From Prevotella sp. (GTDB taxonomy: Bacteria; Bacteroidota; Bacteroidia; Bacteroidales; Bacteroidaceae): a stretch of DNA of 64,000 nucleotides. Positions 7,642 through 16,361 of the stretch are shown here, piece after piece. Numbering within the stretch: position 1 is the stretch's first letter; every line of letters begins with the position of its first letter. The stretch is from contig JAFUDJ010000021.1 in NCBI GenBank assembly GCA_017459445.1, positions 19,363 through 83,362 on the forward strand. Reading direction: 5' to 3'. A program made the position numbers and the translations under genes. The notes under the pieces were generated by a model. The model saw only the letters and a program-made list of their open reading frames with translations, had not been told where the DNA came from and did not search any database.

Positions 7642-10419
7642 ATGAATACTTGGAAGCCGAATCTTGAAGAGACTAAGCAGCATTATGTCGACTGGTGGAA
7701 CCATCGGGGTATTGTGCTCAATATGTGGGAGCACTTCCAGGAGGGTGTCACCCCCCATGCCGACATACCGGAGCCGAAACCTTACAAAGACTTGAACCAA
7801 CGGTGGTTCGACCCGCAGTGGCGGGCGGAATACCTGGATTGGTATGTAGCGCACTCTTCGCTGATGGCCGACATGCTGCCTGTGGCCAATACGCAGTTGG
7901 GACCGGGCTCCTTGGCTGCCATCCTCGGCGGTGTCTTCGAGGGCGGCGAGGATACCATCTGGATACATCCCCGCCCTGTAGCCGACGGTTGCGTGGTCGA
8001 CGGTTTTGCCGTCGACGATATCCGCTTCGACCGTAACCATCCCAACTGGCTGCTGCACAAGGACTTGTTGCAAGCCTGCAAGCAAAAGGCGCAGGGTCAT
8101 TACTATGTCGGCATGCCCGACCTGATGGAGGGTCTTGACGTGCTGGCAGCCCTGAAGGGTACCGACCAGGTGTTGATGGACACGGTGATGCAGCCGGAGG
8201 TGCTGGAGCATCAGATGCAGCAGATTAACGACATCTACTTCCAGGTTTTCGACGAGCTGTACGACATCATCCGCGAGGGCGACGAGATGGCTTTCTGCTA
8301 TTTCTCCAGCTGGGCGCCGGGCAAAATGTCAAAGTTGCAGTGCGACATCTCGACCATGATTAGTGTCGACGACTACCGCCGCTTTGTGCAGCCCTTTATC
8401 CGTCAGCAGTGCCAGAAGATTCCCTACACGCTTTACCATCTGGACGGGGTAGGGGCCATGCACCACTTGGACGCCCTCTTGGAGATAAAGGAACTGAATG
8501 CCATCCAGTGGACGCCGGGTGTCGGGGAACCGCAGGGCGGAAATGCCAAGTGGTACGACTTGTATCGCCGCATCTTGGCTGGCGGCAAGAGTATCATGGC
8601 CAGCTGGGTGACGCTGGATGAGCTGCGCCCGCTGTTGGATAATATCGGCGGCGAGGGCGTGCATTTGGAAATGGATTTCCATAACGAGCGCGAGGTGGAA
8701 CAGGCTCTGCAAATCGTTGACGACTTCAGGCACAGCCGTAACCTGCATCCTGCGGCCGGGCGGCTGCAAGAAAATCCCCGTCTGCTCGTGCTCGACGGTG
8801 GCATGGGCACCATGATACAGCAATATGATTTGCGCGAAGAGGACTTCCGGGGTGTTCGCTTTGCCAACCACCGCACAGAACTGAAGGGATGTAACGATGT
8901 GCTGTCGCTGACGGCTCCGTTTGTCATCCGCGACATCCACCGTAAATACCTTGAGGCGGGTGCGGACATCATCGAAACCAACACGTTCAATGCCCAGCGC
9001 ATCTCACTGGCTGACTATGGGTTGGAGGACAGCGTGCGTGACATCAACCTCGCTGCCGCCCGTCTGGCCCGCCACTGTGCCGACGAATTCAGTTCGTCGG
9101 AACATCCCCGCTATGTAGCGGGCAGCATCGGCCCGACCAGCAAGACGGTAGCTATAGCCACCAGTGGCACGCTTCTTGGCCGCAACGAACTGAAACGGGC
9201 CTACGTTGAGCAGATTCGTGCACTGGCTGAGGGCGGTGTGGATGCCTTGCTCATCGAGACTATCTTCGATGTCGAGAATGCCCGTATGGCCATGGAGGCT
9301 GCCCAGGCCGTGGCGCCCCGGTTGCCGCTGATGCTTAGCTTTGCCGTGGCTACCCCTGACGGGTATAACATGCTGGGGCAAAACATCCTGGATTTTATCG
9401 AGAGTCTCGACACCGGACATATCTTCTCCGTGGGCATCAACTGCATCACCGACGTGCCTCGGATGATGCCACTCGTGAGAGCGCTGAGCCGATTCGGCAC
9501 AAAGGTCAGTTGCTATCCCAATGCCGGCATGCCCGATGCCCACGGCTGCTACAACAAGACGCCGGAGAGCCTGCTGGCCGACCTCTGGCCGCTGTTGGAG
9601 GGGCACCATCTGAGCATCGTGGGTGGCTGCTGCGGCACCACCGACCAGCATATCCGCATGTTTGCAAAGGCTGTAGAACCTGTGAAGGGCTTGCGCCTGT
9701 CGCCGCTGTCTGAGGAGGTCGGTCAGCAACCCCGGGAAAGTGAAAAAGTAGAACGTGACGATAACCCTCTTCCCTCTCCACTAACCCCTGAAGACCGGCT
9801 CTTTGACGCCATCCTCCATGGTAAAAGCGATGATGCCGCCGATGCCACTCGCGACGCCATTGCACAGGGTGTCGCCCCGCAAGACTTGATTAACGGTCAG
9901 ATGATTCGTGCCATGAGCGAGATAGGACAGCGCTTTCAGGACGGTAAGGCTTTCGTGCCCCAGCTGCTGATGGCGGGACGTGCCATGAAAGCTGCCTTGG
10001 AACTGTTGCGACCCTATCTCAGCGGGAAGGATGCAACATCGCTGGGCAAGGTGGTTATCGGCACGGTGAAGGGTGACTTGCACGACATCGGCAAGAACCT
10101 GGTGGCCTCGATGCTGGAAGGCTGCGGCTTTGAAGTCATCAACATCGGCATCGACGTGTCGGCCGATAAGTTCATCGAGGCCGTCAAGCAGAATAACCCC
10201 GACATTCTCTGCATGTCGGCACTGCTCACGACGACGATGGACTATATGAAGGATGTCATTGCGGCCCTTGAGGCTGCCGGCATCCGTCATCAGGTGAAAG
10301 TGATGGTTGGCGGCGCTCCCGTCACCCAGGGCTTTGCCGACGAGATAGGTGCCGATGGCTACAGCGACAACGCCAATTCCGCTGTCACCGTAGCCAAGCA
10401 GTTGTTGGGAAAACGCTGA
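7642..10419 (+). CDS. fusion: URO-D/MtaA-like methyltransferase + homocysteine S-methyltransferase + B12 cap/B12-binding domains
   Basis: N-terminal barrel with LQCDISTMIS and YHLDG. Middle domain has VLDGGMGTMIQ, AGADIIETNTF, GSIGPT, GINC and GGCCGT. C-terminus has AFVPQLLMAGRAM and GTVKGDLHDIGKNLV. No pterin-binding or reactivation domain. Confidence 0.85.
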   Translation: MNTWKPNLEETKQHYVDWWNHRGIVLNMWEHFQEGVTPHADIPEPKPYKDLNQRWFDPQWRAEYLDWYVAHSSLMADMLPVANTQLGPGSLAAILGGVFEGGEDTIWIHPRPVADGCVVDGFAVDDIRFDRNHPNWLLHKDLLQACKQKAQGHYYVGMPDLMEGLDVLAALKGTDQVLMDTVMQPEVLEHQMQQINDIYFQVFDELYDIIREGDEMAFCYFSSWAPGKMSKLQCDISTMISVDDYRRFVQPFIRQQCQKIPYTLYHLDGVGAMHHLDALLEIKELNAIQWTPGVGEPQGGNAKWYDLYRRILAGGKSIMASWVTLDELRPLLDNIGGEGVHLEMDFHNEREVEQALQIVDDFRHSRNLHPAAGRLQENPRLLVLDGGMGTMIQQYDLREEDFRGVRFANHRTELKGCNDVLSLTAPFVIRDIHRKYLEAGADIIETNTFNAQRISLADYGLEDSVRDINLAAARLARHCADEFSSSEHPRYVAGSIGPTSKTVAIATSGTLLGRNELKRAYVEQIRALAEGGVDALLIETIFDVENARMAMEAAQAVAPRLPLMLSFAVATPDGYNMLGQNILDFIESLDTGHIFSVGINCITDVPRMMPLVRALSRFGTKVSCYPNAGMPDAHGCYNKTPESLLADLWPLLEGHHLSIVGGCCGTTDQHIRMFAKAVEPVKGLRLSPLSEEVGQQPRESEKVERDDNPLPSPLTPEDRLFDAILHGKSDDAADATRDAIAQGVAPQDLINGQMIRAMSEIGQRFQDGKAFVPQLLMAGRAMKAALELLRPYLSGKDATSLGKVVIGTVKGDLHDIGKNLVASMLEGCGFEVINIGIDVSADKFIEAVKQNNPDILCMSALLTTTMDYMKDVIAALEAAGIRHQVKVMVGGAPVTQGFADEIGADGYSDNANSAVTVAKQLLGKR

Positions 10420-10434
10420 GCTGAGAAGGATTGT

Positions 10435-12738
10435 CTATCGGATGAACAGCAGTTCGCGGTACTTGGGCAGCGTCCACAGGCCGTCTTCGACTATCATCTC
10501 CAGCTTGTCAATCTCATAGCGGATGGCCTCCATCTTGGGACAGACGGTGTCGTGATACTGGATGGCACGCTCGTGGATGCTTTCTATGCGGTTGGCCACG
10601 CGGCGGGCATCAGTCAGCTCGTCCACCAGCCGCTCTATCTTCTCCGTACGCTCGGCAATCTCTTCGATGAGCTTCATGTTGCGGGCTGACAGGCGGCTGG
10701 CCTTATCGGCATCGAAGACGTCGTTCATGCCCTGCACGTTCTTGATGAGCTGCGACTGGTAGTGGGTCGACACGGGTATGATATGGTTCATGGCCAGGTC
10801 GCCTAAGACGCGGGCCTCTATCTGTACGGTCTTGACATACGTCTCCCATTTCACCTCGTTGCGGGCTGCCAGCTCCTTGCGGTTCATCACCTTGGTCGAC
10901 TCGAACATCCTGACGCTCGTCTCGTCCAGATAGCGCTCGAAGATGACGGGGCACGACTTCTCCACATCCAGCTTGCGGCGCTCGGCCTCCTTGACCCAAG
11001 CGTCTGAGTAGCCATTGCCGTCGAAGCGGATGGGCTTGCAGGTCTTGATGTCGTCCTTCAGCACCTCCAGAATGGCGCTCACCTTGTTCTCGCCAGCCTG
11101 TATCTTGGCATCGACGCGCTCCTTGAACGAGTTCAGAGCTTCGGCCATGGCGGCATTCAGCGTTATCATGGCTGAGGCGCAGTTGACGCTTGAGCCCGGC
11201 GCACGGAACTCGAAGCGGTTGCCCGTGAAGGCAAAGGGCGACGTGCGGTTGCGGTCGGTATTGTCGACGATGAGGTCTGGAATCTGCGGGATGTCTATCT
11301 CCATGCCCTGCTTGCCTTTCAGGTTGAACAGCTCGTTCTTGTCCGACTGCTCGATGTGGTCCAGCAGTTCCGTCAGCTGAGTGCCTAAGAAAGAACTGAT
11401 GATGGCGGGCGGAGCCTCGTTGCCGCCTAAGCGGTGGGCGTTAGTGGCCGACATGATGCTGGCCTTCAGCAGGCCGTTATGGCGGTGCACGGCCATCAGT
11501 GTCTCGACGATGAAAGTCACGAAGCGCAGATTCTCCTCGGGCGTCTTGCCGGGGGCATGCAGCAGCACGCCGTTCTCTGACCGCTGGTCAGAGTGTGGCG
11601 TTGCGAAGTCGGCACTCAGCGACCAGTTGTTGTGCTTGCCCGAGCCGTTGATGCCGTCGAAGGGCTTCTCGTGCAGCAAGACGCGGAAGCCGTGGTTGCG
11701 GGCCACCTTCTTCATGAGCGACATCAGCAGCATGTTATGGTCGACGGCCAGGTTGCACTCCTCGAAGATGGGCGCCAGCTCAAACTGGTTGGGAGCCACC
11801 TCGTTGTGGCGCGTCTTGACGGGGATGGCCAGCTCAAGGGCCTGTATCTCAAGGTCTTTCATGAAGGCCTGCACGCGGTCGGGGATGGTGCCGAAGTAGT
11901 GGTCGTCCATCTGCTGGTTCTTGGCACTCTCGTGGCCCATCAGCGTGCGTCCCGTCATCAGCAGGTCGGGACGTGCCGAGTAGAGACCCTCGTCGACGAG
12001 GAAATACTCCTGTTCCCAGCCCAGGTTGACCTGCACCTTCGTCACGTCGTCGTAGAAGTACTGGCAAACATCTTTGGCGGCCTTGCCCACGGCATGAAGT
12101 GCACGCAGCAGTGGAGCCTTGTAGTCCAGCGCCTCACCCGTGTAGGCAATGAATATGGTGGGGATGCACAGCGTGTCGTCGATGATGAAGACGGGGCTTG
12201 TCGGGTCCCATGCCGAGTAGCCGCGAGCCTCGAAGGTGTTGCGGATGCCGCCGTTGGGGAACGACGAGGCGTCGGGCTCCTGCTGCACCAGCAGCTTGCC
12301 GCTGAACTTCTCTATCATGCCGCCCTTGAACTTCGTTCGAGCCTGCTCATGCTCGGCAGAGCTCAAGTCTGCTTGGCTCTGCTCTCGCTCATTCGCAGCC
12401 TTGCCGTCGTCAAACTCGACGAAGGCGTCGTGCTTCTCGGCAGTGCCCTCCGTCAGCGGCTGGAACCAGTGCGTGTAGTGTGTCACGCCCATCTCCAGTG
12501 CCCACTGCTTCATGCCGGCTGCCACGGCATCGGCTATCGAACGGTCCAGACTGGCCCCATTGTCCATCACGTCTACCATCTTGTCGTAGACCTGCTTCGG
12601 CAGGTAGCGGTACATCTTCTCCTTGTTAAATACATACTTGCCGAAATACTCTGACGGACGCTCGCTGGGTGCCTTCACGTCCACGGCGCGCTTCTTGAAC
12701 GCCTCCTCTACTACCTGGAATCTTAAGTTGTTTGCCAT
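10435..12738 (-). CDS. glnA: glutamine synthetase type III
   Basis: THYTHWFQPLT, EPDASSFPNGG, HNEVAPNQFE, GINGSGKHNNWS, DRNRTSPFAFTGNRFEFRA and WTLPKYRELLF. Confidence 0.97.
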   Translation of the reverse strand: MANNLRFQVVEEAFKKRAVDVKAPSERPSEYFGKYVFNKEKMYRYLPKQVYDKMVDVMDNGASLDRSIADAVAAGMKQWALEMGVTHYTHWFQPLTEGTAEKHDAFVEFDDGKAANEREQSQADLSSAEHEQARTKFKGGMIEKFSGKLLVQQEPDASSFPNGGIRNTFEARGYSAWDPTSPVFIIDDTLCIPTIFIAYTGEALDYKAPLLRALHAVGKAAKDVCQYFYDDVTKVQVNLGWEQEYFLVDEGLYSARPDLLMTGRTLMGHESAKNQQMDDHYFGTIPDRVQAFMKDLEIQALELAIPVKTRHNEVAPNQFELAPIFEECNLAVDHNMLLMSLMKKVARNHGFRVLLHEKPFDGINGSGKHNNWSLSADFATPHSDQRSENGVLLHAPGKTPEENLRFVTFIVETLMAVHRHNGLLKASIMSATNAHRLGGNEAPPAIISSFLGTQLTELLDHIEQSDKNELFNLKGKQGMEIDIPQIPDLIVDNTDRNRTSPFAFTGNRFEFRAPGSSVNCASAMITLNAAMAEALNSFKERVDAKIQAGENKVSAILEVLKDDIKTCKPIRFDGNGYSDAWVKEAERRKLDVEKSCPVIFERYLDETSVRMFESTKVMNRKELAARNEVKWETYVKTVQIEARVLGDLAMNHIIPVSTHYQSQLIKNVQGMNDVFDADKASRLSARNMKLIEEIAERTEKIERLVDELTDARRVANRIESIHERAIQYHDTVCPKMEAIRYEIDKLEMIVEDGLWTLPKYRELLFIR
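12324..12403. repeat. 75-bp in-frame palindromic insertion in GS-III flanked by a 5-bp direct repeat (CCTTG)
   Basis: CCTTG at 12324-12328 and 12399-12403. Internal hairpin gcagagctcaag-tctg-cttggctctgc. Adds 25 aa (KAANEREQSQADLSSAEHEQARTKF). Confidence 0.75.
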
Positions 12739-12845
12739 CTTAGTCTATTTTTTGCGCCTGCAAAATTACAATATTTTTTGCTTAATGCAAAAGTAAATAG
12801 CCAAAAAACACATGATGGCAGTCATTAATGCGTTGAATGATAAAG

Positions 12846-13724
12846 CTAAAAAGGCAAATCGTCATACGCACTATCTTCACACGCAAAGCATGTCGGCTCG
12901 TAAACCTCGGAGCGGGCTATGTCCTTAATTTTGCTGCGGTAGTCGGCATAGACATTCAAGTTGTCAATCTCCTTCCTGCGCCTGCAACTCATCTCCACGA
13001 ACTCCTGCTCCTTCTCAATGCCGAGGTAGCGGCGACCGATGAGGTTGGCTGCAATGCCCGTCGTGCTGCTGCCTGCGAAAGGGTCGAGAATCCATGCGTT
13101 CCTGTCCGTTGAGGCAAGGATGATACGCGTCATCAAGGCGAGGGGTTTCTGCGTGGGATGCTTGCCGCACGACTTCTCCCATGGGGCAATGGCGGGCAGG
13201 CGCCACACGTCGGTCATCTGTTTGTCGCCGTTCAGGTGCTTCATCAGTTCGTAGTTGAAATGGTGCGGGCGCTTAGCCGATTTACGTGCCCAGATGATGA
13301 ACTCCGTTGAGTAGGTGAAGTATCTGCACGAGATATTAGGCGGCGGATTGGTCTTAGCCCATGTTACGACATTCAGAATCTTAAAGCCCAGCTCGGTCAG
13401 GCTTTTGGCAACAGAGAATATATTATGGTAGGTGCCGCTAATCCATATGGTCCCGTTGTCTTTCAGCTTGTCGCGGCAGAGGGAAATCCACTTCAGGTTA
13501 TATGCATCCATCTCCGCTGGCGACATTCCCCTGTCCCATGCCCCTTTATTAACACTCACAATTTTTCCTGCCTGTACACTAATGCCGTCGTTCGACAGGA
13601 AGTAAGGCGGGTCGGCAAATATCATGTCGAACTTGAAACAGAACTGCGGTAACAGTTCAAAGCTGTCGCCATGAAGAAGGGTGAAGTCGCGGGAAGTGGA
13701 TTTGTAGTAGGCATGTAATTGCAT
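12846..13724 (-). CDS. beta-class N6/N4 DNA methyltransferase, DpnA/M2.DpnII-like
   Basis: DMIFADPPYFLSNDGISVQAGKIVSVNKGAWD, GTYHNI, NPPPNISCRYFT, HPTQKP and ILDPFAGSSTT. Confidence 0.92.
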   Translation of the reverse strand: MQLHAYYKSTSRDFTLLHGDSFELLPQFCFKFDMIFADPPYFLSNDGISVQAGKIVSVNKGAWDRGMSPAEMDAYNLKWISLCRDKLKDNGTIWISGTYHNIFSVAKSLTELGFKILNVVTWAKTNPPPNISCRYFTYSTEFIIWARKSAKRPHHFNYELMKHLNGDKQMTDVWRLPAIAPWEKSCGKHPTQKPLALMTRIILASTDRNAWILDPFAGSSTTGIAANLIGRRYLGIEKEQEFVEMSCRRRKEIDNLNVYADYRSKIKDIARSEVYEPTCFACEDSAYDDLPF

Positions 13725-13736
13725 AGGCTTTTTTAA

Positions 13737-15086
13737 TTAAGCCATTAAACCTCCACCACCCTGTCCCTTTTGGGCATAAGCCGTGCTCCACCCTGTTTGC
13801 CCCATAATACTAATAGACTTAGGGGGCATCAAATACCGATTGCTTCCACATATATTTGCAAAAGGACACATTTCTAATTTTTGGTCAGGAGGTAACGATT
13901 CTACATATTTTGTATGGAGAATTGCTATGCTACCCTCTGCCGTTGAGCAAGGCATTTGTCTGCCTATAGCACATGCCTTAACCCCCTTTCTTCCATTTGC
14001 ATAACATACCTGACAGGTCTTGTTTTGTAAAGAATGCCAGAAAAACCGATGTCGGCGTGATTCGCACTCGAAAGTATAAAGATTCTCTTTGCAAAATTGC
14101 TTGCCTACAACTTGATAGACAAAATAGTCAATCAAACAGGGACTTGCTATAGATTCTTCAGGATATTTATTTCTCCATATCTCCCACACAGTTCGCCATG
14201 CCTTGGCATTCATCTCATCAATATAACCGTACTGATAGCAAAATATGTCAAGGAAACTGGACACAAGTGGAATGGCGGTTCTAATTATTCCTGTGCGCAA
14301 TGCCACCTTTATGGTATTAACATCACTCGCCACATCTATGTACTCGAAATTCCTGGCATCTCCCCATACTCCAAGAACAACCATGTCACGAACGAACATA
14401 TCAGCCTTTTTGTTGCCATAGCCAGCTCCGTTGCATGCAATCAATGCTTTGCGGATAGCATAAACATCCTTATTGAAAACATAAAACAAATCAAAAGGCG
14501 TACACCTGTTCTGTATTAGGAACAACGCAATATTCTTTGCATACAAAACACGTTTGTCGTTTTGGGACAAATTGGTAATCTTTATGCTTTTAACAAAATC
14601 AACGGGATTCTTTGCTATCAACTCTTCATCGAAAATGGCGTGGTCACTTTGATATATCTGTGCAAGGTTCAAGAAATCCCTTGAGCCTCTAAAGTCTTGA
14701 TTAGCCGTCAATAAACGGACTCTGCATACTTCCTCTGGGGCCAGTCCTGCCGTATCATAGAGGGATAGAAACGCAGAGCCGTGTGTCCTAACCCATGTTG
14801 TATGCAGGGCATCAGCAACACGTTCACATTGTACCTCGTCAATTTGACAATTTAGTATCTCCTTATGATTTCGCTCCCAATACCGATGGAAATCTGAGAA
14901 ATAGTTGAAGTTCTGCCCCAAGGTTTGTGTGGTGCCAATTCCTTGATAATTAGTATACAAAAACTCATTAATCTTCCATACTACCCGTCTGGCATCTTCT
15001 ATATTCAACTGAGACTGTCCTTTCAGTATTTCACTGATTGAGCGACTGAATAATGATAATTCATCCCATTGGTTTCCTGCATCCAT
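13737..15086 (-). CDS. HhH-GPD/endonuclease III-like protein (putative restriction glycosylase/AP-lyase) with a Cys-rich C-terminus
   Basis: GAGYGNKKAD (HhH-like), SDVNTIKVALRTG (compare EndoIII VDTHIFRVCNRT) and VGKQFC...PC...CPFANIC. Located between two MTases. Confidence 0.65.
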   Translation of the reverse strand: MDAGNQWDELSLFSRSISEILKGQSQLNIEDARRVVWKINEFLYTNYQGIGTTQTLGQNFNYFSDFHRYWERNHKEILNCQIDEVQCERVADALHTTWVRTHGSAFLSLYDTAGLAPEEVCRVRLLTANQDFRGSRDFLNLAQIYQSDHAIFDEELIAKNPVDFVKSIKITNLSQNDKRVLYAKNIALFLIQNRCTPFDLFYVFNKDVYAIRKALIACNGAGYGNKKADMFVRDMVVLGVWGDARNFEYIDVASDVNTIKVALRTGIIRTAIPLVSSFLDIFCYQYGYIDEMNAKAWRTVWEIWRNKYPEESIASPCLIDYFVYQVVGKQFCKENLYTFECESRRHRFFWHSLQNKTCQVCYANGRKGVKACAIGRQMPCSTAEGSIAILHTKYVESLPPDQKLEMCPFANICGSNRYLMPPKSISIMGQTGWSTAYAQKGQGGGGLMA

Positions 15087-15143
15087 TCTGTATTGCCTCC
15101 TGTTTGATTTGTTCTAAAAATACATAGACTATGCCGTTCCATC

Positions 15144-16121
15144 TTACACAACTTCACCATATAGTTCAACTTCTTCCGCAGCTTTCATCCCATATCCTGC
15201 GGGGCGATAATTGCAGATAAGCAACTCGGTCAGCTTTCCACGTTTCGCAGGGTCGGCATTGATAGCTCTTGACGCATAGACGCGGTCTATGTAATATTCA
15301 TAGTAGGCATCCTCAAAGAAACGGTCGTTAGGATTCTTTGCCGAACAATCTGCATTGCTAAGCATCCAGTATATGCCCAGCTGCCCATCTGTCATTCTGC
15401 AATAATCGCGCAATCTAAGTTGCTCCCCGTCATCGAAATCTTCCTTCGAGTAGGAATTAAAACTTGACGTTGCACTCAGCGGGCGATACGGAGGGTCGAA
15501 ATACAGGAAGTTTATCCCTTCTCTATCCATATAGTCTACCGTTATTTCAAAGTCACCATTCAGTATCGTCACATCGAAACGATTGAGCAACTCACTGTCG
15601 GCCATGATAACCTCCGTGTTACAAATCGTCGGATGGGGATTGCGGCCAAAGGGAACATTGAACTTCCCCCGCGCATTCACCCGATACAAGCCATTGAAAC
15701 ATGTACGGTTAAGGAATATCAAATACTTGGTACGGTCAATAGCATCCAAGTCTTCTTCATTGAATATTTCACGCGCGCCCAGATAAAAGGCTTTTCTGGC
15801 TTCTTCATCTTCCAGCGTGAAATATTGTCGCTCCAAGACAGAAAGCCGCTTTATCAATTCATTGGGACTATTCTTTATCGTGCGATAGGCTATTATCAAA
15901 TGTGGATTAATGTCATTAATAACGGCCCGTTTTATGTTTGGAAACTTTTGAAGCATGTGGAACAGCATGGCTCCTCCACCAACGAAGGGTTCAATATATG
16001 TAAACTCATGCTTTCCAAGAACATCAGGCAGACGTTCATCAAGCTGGGGCAAAAGCTGTCCTTTGCCACCAGCCCATTTCAAAAACGGCCGTGCCACTCT
16101 TTGTGTCCTGTATCTAAGCAT
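15144..16121 (-). CDS. Dam-family (alpha-class) GATC adenine methyltransferase, DpnM/M1.DpnII-like
   Basis: PFLKWAGGK, EPFVGGGA, NRTCFNGLYRVN..GKFNVPFG and YFDPPY. Confidence 0.95.
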   Translation of the reverse strand: MLRYRTQRVARPFLKWAGGKGQLLPQLDERLPDVLGKHEFTYIEPFVGGGAMLFHMLQKFPNIKRAVINDINPHLIIAYRTIKNSPNELIKRLSVLERQYFTLEDEEARKAFYLGAREIFNEEDLDAIDRTKYLIFLNRTCFNGLYRVNARGKFNVPFGRNPHPTICNTEVIMADSELLNRFDVTILNGDFEITVDYMDREGINFLYFDPPYRPLSATSSFNSYSKEDFDDGEQLRLRDYCRMTDGQLGIYWMLSNADCSAKNPNDRFFEDAYYEYYIDRVYASRAINADPAKRGKLTELLICNYRPAGYGMKAAEEVELYGEVV

Positions 16122-16180
16122 ACGCTATATTCACAAATTTGATACAAAGGAACGAAAAATAAGTGAAAACAACGGCAATA

Positions 16181-16214
16181 GATCAAAACTTAACGAAAAA
16201 GATCAAAATAGATC
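16181..16214. promoter_or_regulatory. cluster of three AGATCAAAA (GATC) sites between divergent promoters
   Basis: GATC at 16181, 16201 and 16211. A -7-like TTCCTTTG lies on the minus strand at about 16145-16152, and TACCTTTG on the plus strand at about 16295-16302. Confidence 0.6.
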
Positions 16215-16361
16215 AAAAGTGTCTCAAATCAAGAAATTGCGGGGTTGGAGGCTTTTCGGGGGAGGCGATGTTGGCCGGATTGGCGATATTGTTGTACCTT
16301 TGCGGGCGAGTTGTGAGATATATTTTTGTAAGATATATAGTGTTATAATATATATAATAAG

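Noticed and set aside
12324-12403. Intein in GS-III
   Set aside because: Only 25 aa, with no Cys/Ser start and no His-Asn end.
13737-15086. Calling the middle RM gene a DpnII/MboI endonuclease from context alone
   Set aside because: It is longer than DpnII, no PD-(D/E)xK pattern was recognised, and its motifs fit the HhH-GPD fold instead.
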